NCBI RefSeq assembly: GCF_050185545.1
Contig: NZ_JBFWZI010000007.1
Coordinates: 26,194 to 90,193, forward strand
Reading direction: 5' to 3'
DNA: 64,000 nt
Origin: Reyranella sp.
GTDB lineage: Bacteria; Pseudomonadota; Alphaproteobacteria; Reyranellales; Reyranellaceae
A program made the translations under genes and the position numbers. This document shows positions 18,956 to 28,248 of this stretch, in pieces (the stretch's first letter is position 1; the number at the start of each line of letters is the position of its first letter). The notes beneath the pieces were generated by a model. That model was not told where the DNA came from. It made no database searches and saw only the letters and a list, made by a program, of their open reading frames with translations.

Positions 18956-19894
18956 ATGAGCGATACCGCCCAGATCCTGCCCCGGTCCTTTGTTGCAGCG
19001 CCGCCGACCGGCGCAACGCCGTCGGCGCGGGTTCGCGACTATGTCGACCTGCTGAAGCCGCGCGTGATGTCGCTGGTCGTCTTCACCGGCCTGGTCGGCG
19101 TCGTGATCGCTCCCGGCCATCTCCATCCCTTTGCCGCGGCGCTGGCCGTGCTGGCGATCGCGCTCGGCTCGGGCGCCGCCGGCGCCATCAACATGTGGTA
19201 CGAGCGCGACCTCGACGCCCTGATGGCGCGGACCCGGCGGCGGCCGCTGCCGGCCGGCCGCGTGGCGCCGGACGACGCGCTCGGTCTCGGCGTGCTGCTG
19301 TCGCTGTTCTCGGTCCTGCTCATGGCGGTCGCGACCAACTTCGTCGCAGCGGGGCTGCTGGTTGGGGCGATCCTGTTCTACGTGTTCGTCTATACGGTCT
19401 GGCTGAAGCGGCGTACGCCACAGAACATCGTGATCGGCGGCGCCGCCGGCGCCTTCCCGCCAATGATCGGCTGGGCGGCGGTGACCGGCGACGTCTCCAC
19501 CGTCAGCGTGGCCTTGTTCCTGCTGATCTTCCTGTGGACGCCGCCGCATTTCTGGGCGCTCGCACTCTATCGCTGCGACGACTATCGTCGGGCCGGCGTG
19601 CCCATGCTGCCGGTCGTGGTGGGGGCGCGCGAGACCAAGCGGCAGATGCTGATCTACACCGTGCTGCTGGCGCCGGTGGCTCTGGTGCCGACGCTGCTCG
19701 GCACCGTCGGCTGGCTCTATGGCGCGGTGGCGTTGCTGCTGAGCCTGGCCTTCATCGGACACGCCCTCCGGGTGTGGCGGACGGCCGACGACGAGAACGG
19801 GCACTCCGCCGCACGGCGCATGTTCCGCTTCTCGCTGCTCTACCTCGCCGGCCTGTTCGCGGCCCTGCCCGTCGACCGGATCGTGATCGGATGA
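18956..19894 (+). CDS. ctaB: Protoheme IX farnesyltransferase (heme O synthase)
   Basis: LLKPRVMSL, NMWYERDLDALMARTRRRPLP and WTPPHFWAL. Confidence 0.95.
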   Translation: MSDTAQILPRSFVAAPPTGATPSARVRDYVDLLKPRVMSLVVFTGLVGVVIAPGHLHPFAAALAVLAIALGSGAAGAINMWYERDLDALMARTRRRPLPAGRVAPDDALGLGVLLSLFSVLLMAVATNFVAAGLLVGAILFYVFVYTVWLKRRTPQNIVIGGAAGAFPPMIGWAAVTGDVSTVSVALFLLIFLWTPPHFWALALYRCDDYRRAGVPMLPVVVGARETKRQMLIYTVLLAPVALVPTLLGTVGWLYGAVALLLSLAFIGHALRVWRTADDENGHSAARRMFRFSLLYLAGLFAALPVDRIVIG

Positions 19895-20043
19895 GTGGCG
19901 TGATGGTCGAGACCCGCCGTCCCGGCGACACCGACAGGCACCGCCGCCAGCGCGGCAAGAACCTGTTCGTGGCCGGATTCCTGCTGGTGCTCGTGGTGAT
20001 CTTCTTCCTCCTCACCATCGTGCGCATGGGAGGGCAAGGGTGA
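19891..20043 (+). CDS. Small single-TM protein between ctaB and ctaG (CoxF-like), 50 aa
   Basis: MSGVMVETRRPGDTDRHRRQRGKNLFVAGFLLVLVVIFFLLTIVRMGGQG; 4-nt start/stop overlaps with both neighbours. Confidence 0.75.
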   Translation: MSGVMVETRRPGDTDRHRRQRGKNLFVAGFLLVLVVIFFLLTIVRMGGQG

Positions 20044-20645
20044 ACGCGGCACCTGACGGGAAGGCGGGCGACAAGAATGCCCGGCTGGCGTGGCGGCTCG
20101 CCGCCCTGGTCGGCGGCATGGTGGCGCTCGCCTACGCCGCATCGCCGCTCTACGACCTGTTCTGCCGCGCCACTGGCTTCGGCGGCACACCGGTGATCGC
20201 GCAGGCTGGCGAACGGCCCATTCTCGCCCGAACCGTGGCCGTCCGCTTCGATGCCAACGTCGATCCCAACCTGCCGTGGCGTTTCCAGCCGCTCGAGCGC
20301 GAGATCAAGGTCAAGCTCGGCGAGGAGCACCTGACGCACTACCGGGTGACCAACGTCTCGCAGCGCCCGATCGTCGGAACCTCGGCCTACAACGTGACGC
20401 CCGAGCCGGCTGGTCCGTGGTTCAACAAGGTGCAATGCTTCTGCTTCACTGAGCAGCTGCTCCTGCCCGGCCAGTCCGTGGACCTGCCGGTGATCTTCTT
20501 CGTCGATCCCGAGATGGACAAGGATCGACGCTACGACAACGTCCGCACCATCACGCTCTCGTACACCTTCTTCGAGGCCAAGACGGAGCGGGCGAAGACC
20601 TTGCTGGGCGGCTCGCCCGCCAGTGCGACCGGAAAGGGTGGATGA
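20040..20645 (+). CDS. ctaG: Cytochrome c oxidase assembly protein CtaG/Cox11
   Basis: PLYDLFCRATGFGG and FNKVQCFCFTEQ copper-binding motif. Confidence 0.95.
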   Translation: MNAAPDGKAGDKNARLAWRLAALVGGMVALAYAASPLYDLFCRATGFGGTPVIAQAGERPILARTVAVRFDANVDPNLPWRFQPLEREIKVKLGEEHLTHYRVTNVSQRPIVGTSAYNVTPEPAGPWFNKVQCFCFTEQLLLPGQSVDLPVIFFVDPEMDKDRRYDNVRTITLSYTFFEAKTERAKTLLGGSPASATGKGG

Positions 20646-20649
20646 GACA

Positions 20650-21522
20650 ATGGCCGACGGCACACCGAAGCATCCCTATCACCTCGTCGATCCCAGCCCG
20701 TGGCCGGCGCTGGGCGCGTTGGGAGCCCTGCTGCTGGCGGTCGGCGCCGCCCTCGGCATGCATCCCGACTTGCTGGGCAAGGGTGTCGAAGGGCTCGTCA
20801 AGTCGGTCCAATGGTGGATCATCGCTCCCGGGCTCGGCCTCATCCTGGCGGTGATGTTCTGGTGGTGGAGCGACGTCATCGTCGAGTCTCGCAAGTACCA
20901 CACCGCGGTGGTCCAGCTCGGCCTGCGCTACGGCATGATCCTGTTCATCGCCTCCGAGGTGCTGTTCTTCGCGGCGTTCTTCTGGGCCTTCTTCGATGCG
21001 TCGCTCTTTCCGGGCAGCCCCGAGATGCCGGCGCGCGCCGAAGCGACCGGCGGCGTCTGGCCGCCCAAGGGCATCAGCGTCATCGCGCCGTTCGACCTGC
21101 CCTTCATGAACACGTTGATCCTGCTGCTCTCGGGCACGACGGTGACGTGGGCTCACCACGCCATTCTGGAAGGCAACAAGCGCGACGCGGTGCGCGGCCT
21201 CACCCTCACCGTCATCCTGGGCATCTGCTTCACCGGCATCCAGGCCTACGAGTACATCAACGCGCCGTTCGGCTTCCGCGAGAACATCTACTCGTCGACC
21301 TTCTTCATGGCGACCGGCTTCCACGGCTTCCACGTGTTCGTCGGCACGACCTTCCTGATCGTCTGCCTGTTCCGGGCAATGGCCGGCCAATTCAAGCCCA
21401 AGCAGCATTTCGGCTTCGAGGCGGCCGCCTGGTACTGGCATTTCGTCGACGTCGTGTGGCTGTTCCTGTTCTTCTGCATCTACTGGTGGGGCTCCGGCAA
21501 CGCGCCGATCGCGCTGCACTGA
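20650..21522 (+). CDS. coxC: Cytochrome c oxidase subunit III
   Basis: HPYHLVDPSPWP, FIASEV, ATGFHGFHV and WYWHFVDVVW. Confidence 0.95.
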   Translation: MADGTPKHPYHLVDPSPWPALGALGALLLAVGAALGMHPDLLGKGVEGLVKSVQWWIIAPGLGLILAVMFWWWSDVIVESRKYHTAVVQLGLRYGMILFIASEVLFFAAFFWAFFDASLFPGSPEMPARAEATGGVWPPKGISVIAPFDLPFMNTLILLLSGTTVTWAHHAILEGNKRDAVRGLTLTVILGICFTGIQAYEYINAPFGFRENIYSSTFFMATGFHGFHVFVGTTFLIVCLFRAMAGQFKPKQHFGFEAAAWYWHFVDVVWLFLFFCIYWWGSGNAPIALH

Positions 21523-21538
21523 GGGGCGTCTCTGAATT

Positions 21539-21711
21539 CCTCCCCAGCTCTGCTGGGGAGGTGTCGGCGTCTTCGCCAACGGAGGGGTCATGGTGTTTTG
21601 GACCGCGGGCGTCCCGCCCGCTCAAGTCATGAGCGGGCGGGACGCCCGCGGTCCAAAACACCATGACCCCTCCGTCGCATAGCGACACCTCCCCACGCAT
21701 GGCGTGGGAGG
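21539..21711. repeat. Nested REP mosaic, copy 4, inside the cox operon
   Basis: Perfect 46-bp inverted repeat at 21579-21624/21630-21675 with a 5-nt loop, flanked by CCTCCCC..GGGGAGG hairpins. Confidence 0.93.
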
Positions 21712-21732
21712 AGCAACATCTAGGAGTCGGTG

Positions 21733-22098
21733 ATGTCGCAATGGCCGCGCCAATCGCCTGTCGACGTCGCGCTGCGCGCGGCCTGCCCGCGCTGCGGCCG
21801 AGGTCGCCTGTTCAAGGGTGTGCTCGGCATCGTCGATCGCTGCTCCGTCTGCGACCTCGATCTGCGTGGCAACGACGCCGGCGATGGGCCAGCGGTATTC
21901 GTCATCCTGGGGCTCGGCACCATCATCATGATGCTCGTGTTCTGGGTCGAGTTCCGCTTTGAGCCGCCGTGGTGGCTGCACGTCCTGCTGTGGGGGCCAA
22001 TCACGGTCGGCCTGGCGGTGTGGCTGCTGCGCCTGATGAAGGCGCTGCTGATCGCCCAGCAATTCATCCATCGTTCGACGACTCTCGATGAGCAGTAG
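21733..22098 (+). CDS. DUF983 family membrane protein
   Basis: CPRCGRGRLF, CSVCDLD, DAGDGPA and PPWWLH. Confidence 0.88.
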   Translation: MSQWPRQSPVDVALRAACPRCGRGRLFKGVLGIVDRCSVCDLDLRGNDAGDGPAVFVILGLGTIIMMLVFWVEFRFEPPWWLHVLLWGPITVGLAVWLLRLMKALLIAQQFIHRSTTLDEQ

Positions 22099-22852
22099 CC
22101 GGCCGATATTGGCGTTGCGGCCCGCCTTCTGGCCGTCGGTGGTCTCGCTGGCCATCTTCGCAGTCGCCATGGGGCTCGGCATCTGGCAGCTGGAGCGGCG
22201 CGAGTGGAAGCGCGACATTCTGGATCGCATCGCCGCCAACCAGGCGGTGGCGCCGATCAGCCTCGACGAGCTGCTGAAGGGCGATCCGCTGCGACTGGAA
22301 TACGGCCGTGTAAAGGTTGCCGGCACCTTCCTGCACGACAAGGAGTTTTACCTCGGCGCCCGTAGCCTCAAGAACAAGGTCGGCCTGCAGGTCGTGACGC
22401 CGCTGCGAACCGACGACGGCCGCATCGTGCTGTTCGATCGCGGCTGGATAGCGCAGGAGGCCAAGGATCCGGCGCGCCGCGCCGCCGGCCAGCTGCAAGG
22501 CCGTGTAGAGCTCACCGGCATCGTGCGGCGCAACCAGGAGCGCCGCCAGTTCGCGCCCGAGAACGTGCCCGAGCGCAACGTCTGGTTCCATGTCGACGTG
22601 CCGCTGATGCGCAGCATGGCCGGCGGCAAGCCGGACGCGAAGCTCGACGCTTTCTTCCTGGAGGCCGATGCGACGCCCAACCCCGGCGGCCTGCCGGTGG
22701 GCGGCCAGACCAGGCTCGACATTCCCAACGATCACCTGCAGTACGCCATCACCTGGTTCCTGATCGCGCTTGCGCTGGCCGGCGTCTACCTCGCCTATCA
22801 TTGGGAGAACGGGCGTCTCACGATCGCCGGCCGCACCAACGTCAAGACATGA
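22088..22852 (+). CDS. surf1: SURF1/Shy1 cytochrome oxidase biogenesis protein
   Basis: LGIWQLERREWK, DRGW and NDHLQYAITWF. Confidence 0.93.
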   Translation: MSSSRPILALRPAFWPSVVSLAIFAVAMGLGIWQLERREWKRDILDRIAANQAVAPISLDELLKGDPLRLEYGRVKVAGTFLHDKEFYLGARSLKNKVGLQVVTPLRTDDGRIVLFDRGWIAQEAKDPARRAAGQLQGRVELTGIVRRNQERRQFAPENVPERNVWFHVDVPLMRSMAGGKPDAKLDAFFLEADATPNPGGLPVGGQTRLDIPNDHLQYAITWFLIALALAGVYLAYHWENGRLTIAGRTNVKT

Positions 22853-24351
22853 TTGCCAACGATCCCTACGCCGAGCTCGAGCGCCGATTCGCCCGGTTGA
22901 GCGCCGTGCAGCGCGCCAGCGCCATCCTGAACTGGGATCGCTCGACCATGATGCCGGACGGCGCCAGCGACGATCGCGCCGATCAGCTGGCGACCCTGGG
23001 CGTCATCGCCCACGGCATGATTTCCGCCCCCGACATGCCGGAGCTGCTCGGCCGGGCAGAGGCGAGGGCTTCCGGCCTCGATCCCTGGCGGGTGGCCAAT
23101 CTGCGCGAGATGCGGCGGCTGTGGGTGCACGAAAGCGCCTTGCCGGCCGATCTCGTCGAGGCCCGCACCCGCGCCACAGCGGCCTGCGAGATGGTGTGGC
23201 GCGAGGCCAGGAAGAATGCCGACTTCAAGGCGTTGCTGCCGACGCTCGGCGAAGTACTGACCCTGGTCCGCCGGGCCGGCGAGGCCAAGGCCGCCGCGTT
23301 GGGCACGACGCTCTACGACGCCCTGCTCGACGAGTTCGAACCCGGCGGCCGCGCGGCGCGCATAGACGTGCTGTTCGCCGAGTTGAAATCCTTCCTGCCC
23401 GGGCTGTTGGGGCGCGTGATCGAGCATCAGAGGAGCCAACCGCCGCCGCTCGCGCTGGACGGGCCCTTTCCGGTCGAGCAGCAGCGCAAGCTCGGCGAGG
23501 AGCTGATCCGTCTCATCGGCTTCGACTTTTCGCACGGGCGGCTCGACGTCTCGGCGCATCCATTCACTGGCGGCACGGCCGACGATGTGCGGATCACCAC
23601 GCGCTACGACGAGGCCGATTTCGCGCGCGCCCTGATGGGGGTGCTGCACGAGACGGGGCATGGCCTCTACGAGGCGGGGCTGCCGCGTGACTGGCGGCGC
23701 CAGCCGGTCGGCAATGCCCGCGGCATGGCCCTGCACGAGAGCCAGTCGCTGCTGATGGAGATGCAGGCCTGCCGCAGCGACGCCTTCGTCGCCTTTGCCG
23801 CTCCGCGCATGCGCACCGCCTTCGGCAAGGACGGGCCGGCCTGGGCGGTCGACAATATCCACCGCCTCTACACGCAGGTCGCTCCGGGCTTCATCCGCGT
23901 CGACGCCGACGAGGTGACCTACCCGCTGCACATCATGCTGCGCTACCGCCTGGAGCGCGCGCTGCTCGCCGGAGACCTGCCGCTGGGGGAACTTCCGGGG
24001 GCCTGGAACGAGGGGATGCGCGACCTGCTGGGCATCGTCCCGCCCGACGACGCGCTGGGCTGCCTGCAGGACATCCATTGGCCGGATGGCGGCTGGGGCT
24101 ACTTCCCGACCTACACCCTGGGGGCCCTGGCGGCGGCCCAGCTGTTTGCCGCCGCCGGGCGCGCTCATCCCGATCTCCTGCACGCCATCGGCAAGGGCGA
24201 CTTCGCGCCGCTGCTGGGCTGGCTGCGCGCCAACGTTCATGGCAAGGGCTCGTTCGCCAGCACTGACCAGATCCTGACCGAGGCCACCGGCGCCCCCCTC
24301 GGAACCGCCGCTTTCAAGGCGCATCTGGAAAGCCGCTATCTCCCGGCGTAA
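22849..24351 (+). CDS. Carboxypeptidase, M32 family
   Basis: HPF, HETGH (HEXXH), LHESQS, IRVDADE, GCLQDIHW and GYFPTY. Confidence 0.93.
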   Translation: MIANDPYAELERRFARLSAVQRASAILNWDRSTMMPDGASDDRADQLATLGVIAHGMISAPDMPELLGRAEARASGLDPWRVANLREMRRLWVHESALPADLVEARTRATAACEMVWREARKNADFKALLPTLGEVLTLVRRAGEAKAAALGTTLYDALLDEFEPGGRAARIDVLFAELKSFLPGLLGRVIEHQRSQPPPLALDGPFPVEQQRKLGEELIRLIGFDFSHGRLDVSAHPFTGGTADDVRITTRYDEADFARALMGVLHETGHGLYEAGLPRDWRRQPVGNARGMALHESQSLLMEMQACRSDAFVAFAAPRMRTAFGKDGPAWAVDNIHRLYTQVAPGFIRVDADEVTYPLHIMLRYRLERALLAGDLPLGELPGAWNEGMRDLLGIVPPDDALGCLQDIHWPDGGWGYFPTYTLGALAAAQLFAAAGRAHPDLLHAIGKGDFAPLLGWLRANVHGKGSFASTDQILTEATGAPLGTAAFKAHLESRYLPA

Positions 24352-24360
24352 GAGGAAGCC

Positions 24361-24612
24361 ATGCTCGAGCTCCGACCCAATTGCGAATGCTGTGACAAGG
24401 ATCTGCCGAACGGCGCGCCGGACGCGCTGATCTGCACCTTCGAATGCACCTTCTGCGCGGAGTGTGCGCGAACCCGGCTGGGCGGCCATTGCCCCAATTG
24501 CGGCGGCGATCTGGTCCGGCGGCCGACCCGGCCGGAGCGGGCCTTGCAGAGGTATCCCGCCTCGACCAAGCGTGTCCGCAAGGATCATGAAGCCTGTCGC
24601 CAGGTCGCCTAG
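24361..24612 (+). CDS. DUF1272 Cys-rich protein
   Basis: MLELRPNCECCDKDLP, ICTFECTFC and CPNCGG-x-L-x-x-RP. Confidence 0.88.
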   Translation: MLELRPNCECCDKDLPNGAPDALICTFECTFCAECARTRLGGHCPNCGGDLVRRPTRPERALQRYPASTKRVRKDHEACRQVA

Positions 24613-24638
24613 CCAGAGCTGCCGAGCAGGAGTTTACA

Positions 24639-26099
24639 GTGCGCTACATCAGCACGCGCCACGGCTCGCAGGGCACGCCCGAGCCGCTGGGCTTTGAGGA
24701 CATCATGCTCGCGGGCCTGGCCCGCGACGGCGGGCTCTACCTGCCGACCGAGTGGCCGCGTTTCTCAACGACGGAAATCGCCCGGTTCGCCGGCCTGTCC
24801 TATGTCGACCTGGCTTTCGAGATCATGCGGCCGTTCGTCGGCGACACGTTCAACGAGCCGACCTTTCGCCGCCTGATCGCCGAGGCCTATGCCTCGTTCG
24901 AGACGCCGGAGGTGGCGCCGCTGAAGCCGCTCGGCGCCGCGACGCCGTCCGATGGGGGCCTCCATCTGCTCGAGCTGTTCCATGGCCCGACCCTCGCCTT
25001 CAAGGACGTGGCGCTGCAGCTGCTCGGCCGCATGCTCGACGAGACCCTGACGGCGCGCGGCAGGCACGCCACCATCGTCGGCGCCACGTCGGGCGACACC
25101 GGCTCGGCCGCCATCGAAGCGGTGCGCGACCGCAGGACCATCGACATCTTCATGCTGTATCCGCGCGGCCGGGTGAGCGAGGTGCAGCGGCGCCAGATGA
25201 CGACGGTGCTGGCGCCCAACGTGCACAACATCGCCGTCGACGGCACGTTCGACGATTGCCAGGACCTCGCCAAAGCCTGCTTCAACGATCTCGCGTTCCG
25301 CGATCGCCACGCCCTGACCGCCGTCAACTCGATCAACTTCGCGCGCGTGATGGCGCAGATCGTCTACTACTTCTGGGCGGCGCTGAGACTTGGGGCGCCG
25401 CAGCGACCGGTCGCCTTCACGGTGCCGAGCGGCAATTTCGGCAACGTCTATGCGGGCTATGCAGCGCGCCAGATGGGCCTGCAGGTGTCGCATTTCGTGG
25501 TCGGCGCCAACAGCAACGACATCCTCGCCCGCTTCTTCGAGAGCGGCATCATGGAGACGTCGACCGTCATGCCGACGCTGAGCCCCAGCATGGACATCCA
25601 GATCTCGAGCAACTTCGAGCGCCTGCTGTTCGATCTCTACGACCGCAACGGTGCGGCGCTGGCCGACGCCATGGTGGCGTTTCGCAGCACCGGCAAGCTC
25701 ACGGTCGGCGCCAATGCCCTGGCGGGCGTGCGTCAGCTCTTCGACGCCGGCCGGCTCGACGATGCCGGTACGCTAGCGGCGATCGCCGACTGCCGCCGGC
25801 GTTACGGCGAGACGATCGACCCGCACACCGCCGTGGGATACGCGGTCGCGCAGCAGCATCGGCGCGACACGGCGATCCCCATGGTCGTGCTGGCGACTGC
25901 CCATCCGGCGAAGTTTCCCGACGCGGTCGAGAAGGCGACCGGCGAACGGCCGGCGTTGCCGCCGCGGCTCGGCGACCTCCTGCGGCGGCCCGAGCGTACG
26001 GACAGCCTGCCGAACGACGTGGCCGCCCTGAAGGCGTTGATCGACGTCCGGCGCGACACCACGCAGGCCAGCCCGACTCGCGCCAAGGTGCTGTCATGA
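24639..26099 (+). CDS. thrC: Threonine synthase
   Basis: YISTR, GLARDGGLY, ELFHGPTLAFKD, ATSGDTG, NSINFAR and PSGNFGN. Confidence 0.96.
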   Translation: MRYISTRHGSQGTPEPLGFEDIMLAGLARDGGLYLPTEWPRFSTTEIARFAGLSYVDLAFEIMRPFVGDTFNEPTFRRLIAEAYASFETPEVAPLKPLGAATPSDGGLHLLELFHGPTLAFKDVALQLLGRMLDETLTARGRHATIVGATSGDTGSAAIEAVRDRRTIDIFMLYPRGRVSEVQRRQMTTVLAPNVHNIAVDGTFDDCQDLAKACFNDLAFRDRHALTAVNSINFARVMAQIVYYFWAALRLGAPQRPVAFTVPSGNFGNVYAGYAARQMGLQVSHFVVGANSNDILARFFESGIMETSTVMPTLSPSMDIQISSNFERLLFDLYDRNGAALADAMVAFRSTGKLTVGANALAGVRQLFDAGRLDDAGTLAAIADCRRRYGETIDPHTAVGYAVAQQHRRDTAIPMVVLATAHPAKFPDAVEKATGERPALPPRLGDLLRRPERTDSLPNDVAALKALIDVRRDTTQASPTRAKVLS

Positions 26100-27364
26100 G
26101 CGACGTCAAGGTCACCACGCTCGCCAACGGGCTGCGCGTCGCGGTCGACGAAATGCCCGAGGTCGAATCGGCCTCTCTCGGTATCTGGGTCGCCTGTGGC
26201 ACGCGCCACGAGACGGCCGAGCTTAACGGCATGGCGCACATGCTGGAGCACATGGCCTTCAAGGGCACGCGCAGCCGCTCGGCGCGTGCCATCGCCGAGG
26301 AGATCGAGAATGTCGGCGGCAGCCTCAACGCCTATACCGGCCGCGAGATCACCGCCTATCACGCCTCGGTCCTGAAGGAGGATGTCGGGCTCGGCGTCGA
26401 AATGATTTCGGACATCCTGCGCAACTCGGTGTTCGATCCCGACGAACTGCAGCGCGAGCGCGGCGTGATCCTGCAGGAGATCGGCCAGGCGCTCGACACG
26501 CCCGACGACGTGATCTTCGACCAGTTCCAGGAAACGGCGCTGCCCGGCCAGCCTTTGGGGCGGCCGGTGCTCGGCACCGCCGAGTCGGTCGAGGCGATCG
26601 GGCGCGATGATCTGTTCGCCTATCTGGCGCGCCACTACACGGCTTCCAATATGGTCCTGGCGGCGGCGGGGCGGGTCGAGCATGCCCAGATCCTCGACCT
26701 GGCGGAGAAGCATTTCGGCTCGGTGCCGCGCACGCCGGCCAATGCCGAGCGGCCGGTGCCGTTGAGCTATGTCGGCGGCGACGGCCGCGAGGTGCGCGTC
26801 CTCGAGCAGGCCCATCTGGTGCTGGGCTGCCAGGGCATCGGCTATCGCGACCCGGACTACTTCGCGCTCGCCGTCTATTCGACGCTGTTCGGCGGCGGCA
26901 TGTCGTCCCGCCTGTTCCAGCGCATCCGCGAGGAGCGCGGCTTGGTCTACGGCATCCATTGCTTCAACACCGCCTATGCCGACGGTGGCCTGTTCGGCAT
27001 CTATGCCGGCACCGGCGAGGACGATCTGGCGGAGCTCGTGCCGGCGGTGTGCGAGGAGTTCGCCGGCGTCGCCGGCAGCCTGACGACCGCCGAGCTGGTG
27101 CGTGCGCGCAACCAGATCAAGGCCGGCACGCTGATGGCGCTGGAATCGAGCGGCGCGCGCTGCGAGCAGGCGGCCCGCCATCTCATCATCCATGGCCGGC
27201 CGATTCCCTATGCCGAGATCGTGGCGCGCATCGAAGCGGTCGACGAGGAGGCGGTTCGCGGCGTCGCTCAACGGCTGCTGCAGGGCAGGCTGACGCTAGC
27301 CGCCCTTGGCCCGATCGACGGCCTCGAATCGCTCGACCGCATCACTGCCCGGCTGGCGGCGTAG
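26096..27364 (+). CDS. M16 family zinc protease (pitrilysin/MPP-like)
   Basis: HMLEH (HXXEH), NAYT, and GGGMSSRLFQRIREERGL. Confidence 0.93.
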   Translation: MSDVKVTTLANGLRVAVDEMPEVESASLGIWVACGTRHETAELNGMAHMLEHMAFKGTRSRSARAIAEEIENVGGSLNAYTGREITAYHASVLKEDVGLGVEMISDILRNSVFDPDELQRERGVILQEIGQALDTPDDVIFDQFQETALPGQPLGRPVLGTAESVEAIGRDDLFAYLARHYTASNMVLAAAGRVEHAQILDLAEKHFGSVPRTPANAERPVPLSYVGGDGREVRVLEQAHLVLGCQGIGYRDPDYFALAVYSTLFGGGMSSRLFQRIREERGLVYGIHCFNTAYADGGLFGIYAGTGEDDLAELVPAVCEEFAGVAGSLTTAELVRARNQIKAGTLMALESSGARCEQAARHLIIHGRPIPYAEIVARIEAVDEEAVRGVAQRLLQGRLTLAALGPIDGLESLDRITARLAA

Positions 27365-27375
27365 CCCGGCGCCTT

Positions 27376-27579
27376 CCTCCCCGATTACAGGGGCATTTGC
27401 ACATGGCAAAAAATGCCATCATCCCGAGCGGAGCCGCCCGAAGGGCGGCGCAGTCGAGGGACCTTTCTTGTTGATGCTACAAGAAGAAAGGTCCCTCCAC
27501 TACGCCTCGCTACGCTCGGCTCCGGTCGGGATGACGGGCCTTTTTGCCATGTGCGAATGCCGTTCGTAATCGGGGGAGG
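27376..27579. repeat. Nested palindromic mosaic with a CGTC-tagged doublet core
   Basis: Degenerate CCTCCCC-GATTAC / GTAATC-GGGGGAGG ends, a 20-bp inverted repeat at 27393-27412/27541-27560 (1 mismatch), and inner arms (C)ATCATCCCGAGCGGAGCC..GAGGGACCTTTC / GAAAGGTCCCTC..GGCTCCGGTCGGGATGACG. Confidence 0.85.
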
Positions 27580-27586
27580 CGAGCCC

Positions 27587-28246
27587 TTACGCCGGCCCTG
27601 GAGCCTGGTCGGGGTCGACGGCGCGCACCACGTAGGCGGCCGCCTGGGGTTGGTAGAGTTCCCACAGGAAGCGCAGCTCGACCAGCGGCTGGGAATTGAG
27701 GTCGACGCGAAGGTCGACATAGGGAAAGCTCTCGCGGTGAACAACGAGAAGGCCGGCGGACTTCAGTTGCTTCAGCTCACCGCCCGCCGCATCGCCGGCC
27801 TCGATGGCGCGCACGAGCCGTTCCGCCAGCTCGACATCCTCGTTCTCCTCGAAGGCCTCGACTATCGCGTCCACGACGGCGACATTTCGCAGGATGTTGC
27901 CGGCTGCGACGCAGTTGCGTCCAATCCGGCCCTTGGCAACCGAGACGATCCTGGCGCCGTTGAAAAATGCTCCCGTTCCATCGGCTGCGAGGACGGCGAG
28001 TTGCCGCCATGCAAGGTTGGAGTCCCGCTTCTCCAATCCATCGATGATGGCCTGGGGTGACGCGCCACCCTTGAGCTCTTCAAGGATCATGGGACCGAGA
28101 CGCGGGTCGGTACGGTGTTGAGTCAGGACCGCGCCGACTCCGGGCTCCGCCCAGCAGCAGCGGCTACCGACGGCCATCGACGATGTCGCGACGACGGCGC
28201 CCAGCATTCCGGTCCTCGAGCAACGGCCTGCGATCGAGAAGGTCAT
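27587..28246 (-). CDS. DUF1028 family protein (Ntn-hydrolase-like)
   Basis: MTFSIAGRC, GAVLTQ, RQLAV, AAGNIL, AGDAAGG and DLRVD. Confidence 0.9.
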   Translation of the reverse strand: MTFSIAGRCSRTGMLGAVVATSSMAVGSRCCWAEPGVGAVLTQHRTDPRLGPMILEELKGGASPQAIIDGLEKRDSNLAWRQLAVLAADGTGAFFNGARIVSVAKGRIGRNCVAAGNILRNVAVVDAIVEAFEENEDVELAERLVRAIEAGDAAGGELKQLKSAGLLVVHRESFPYVDLRVDLNSQPLVELRFLWELYQPQAAAYVVRAVDPDQAPGPA

Positions 28247-28248
28247 GT

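Noticed and set aside
16412-19804. 1130-aa minus-strand ORF and other long antisense or alternate-frame ORFs (e.g. 7..1017, 5533..7377, 33396..35567, 40568..42400)
   Set aside because: They shadow well-supported genes on the opposite strand, have Arg/Ala/Gly-rich composition and no motifs; this is expected in high-GC DNA with few stop codons.
24361-24612. Other Cys-rich or redox ORFs (DUF1272, DUF983, MsrP, CtaG) inspected for further in-frame TGA/Sec
   Set aside because: All Cys positions are encoded by TGC/TGT and the ORFs are uninterrupted.
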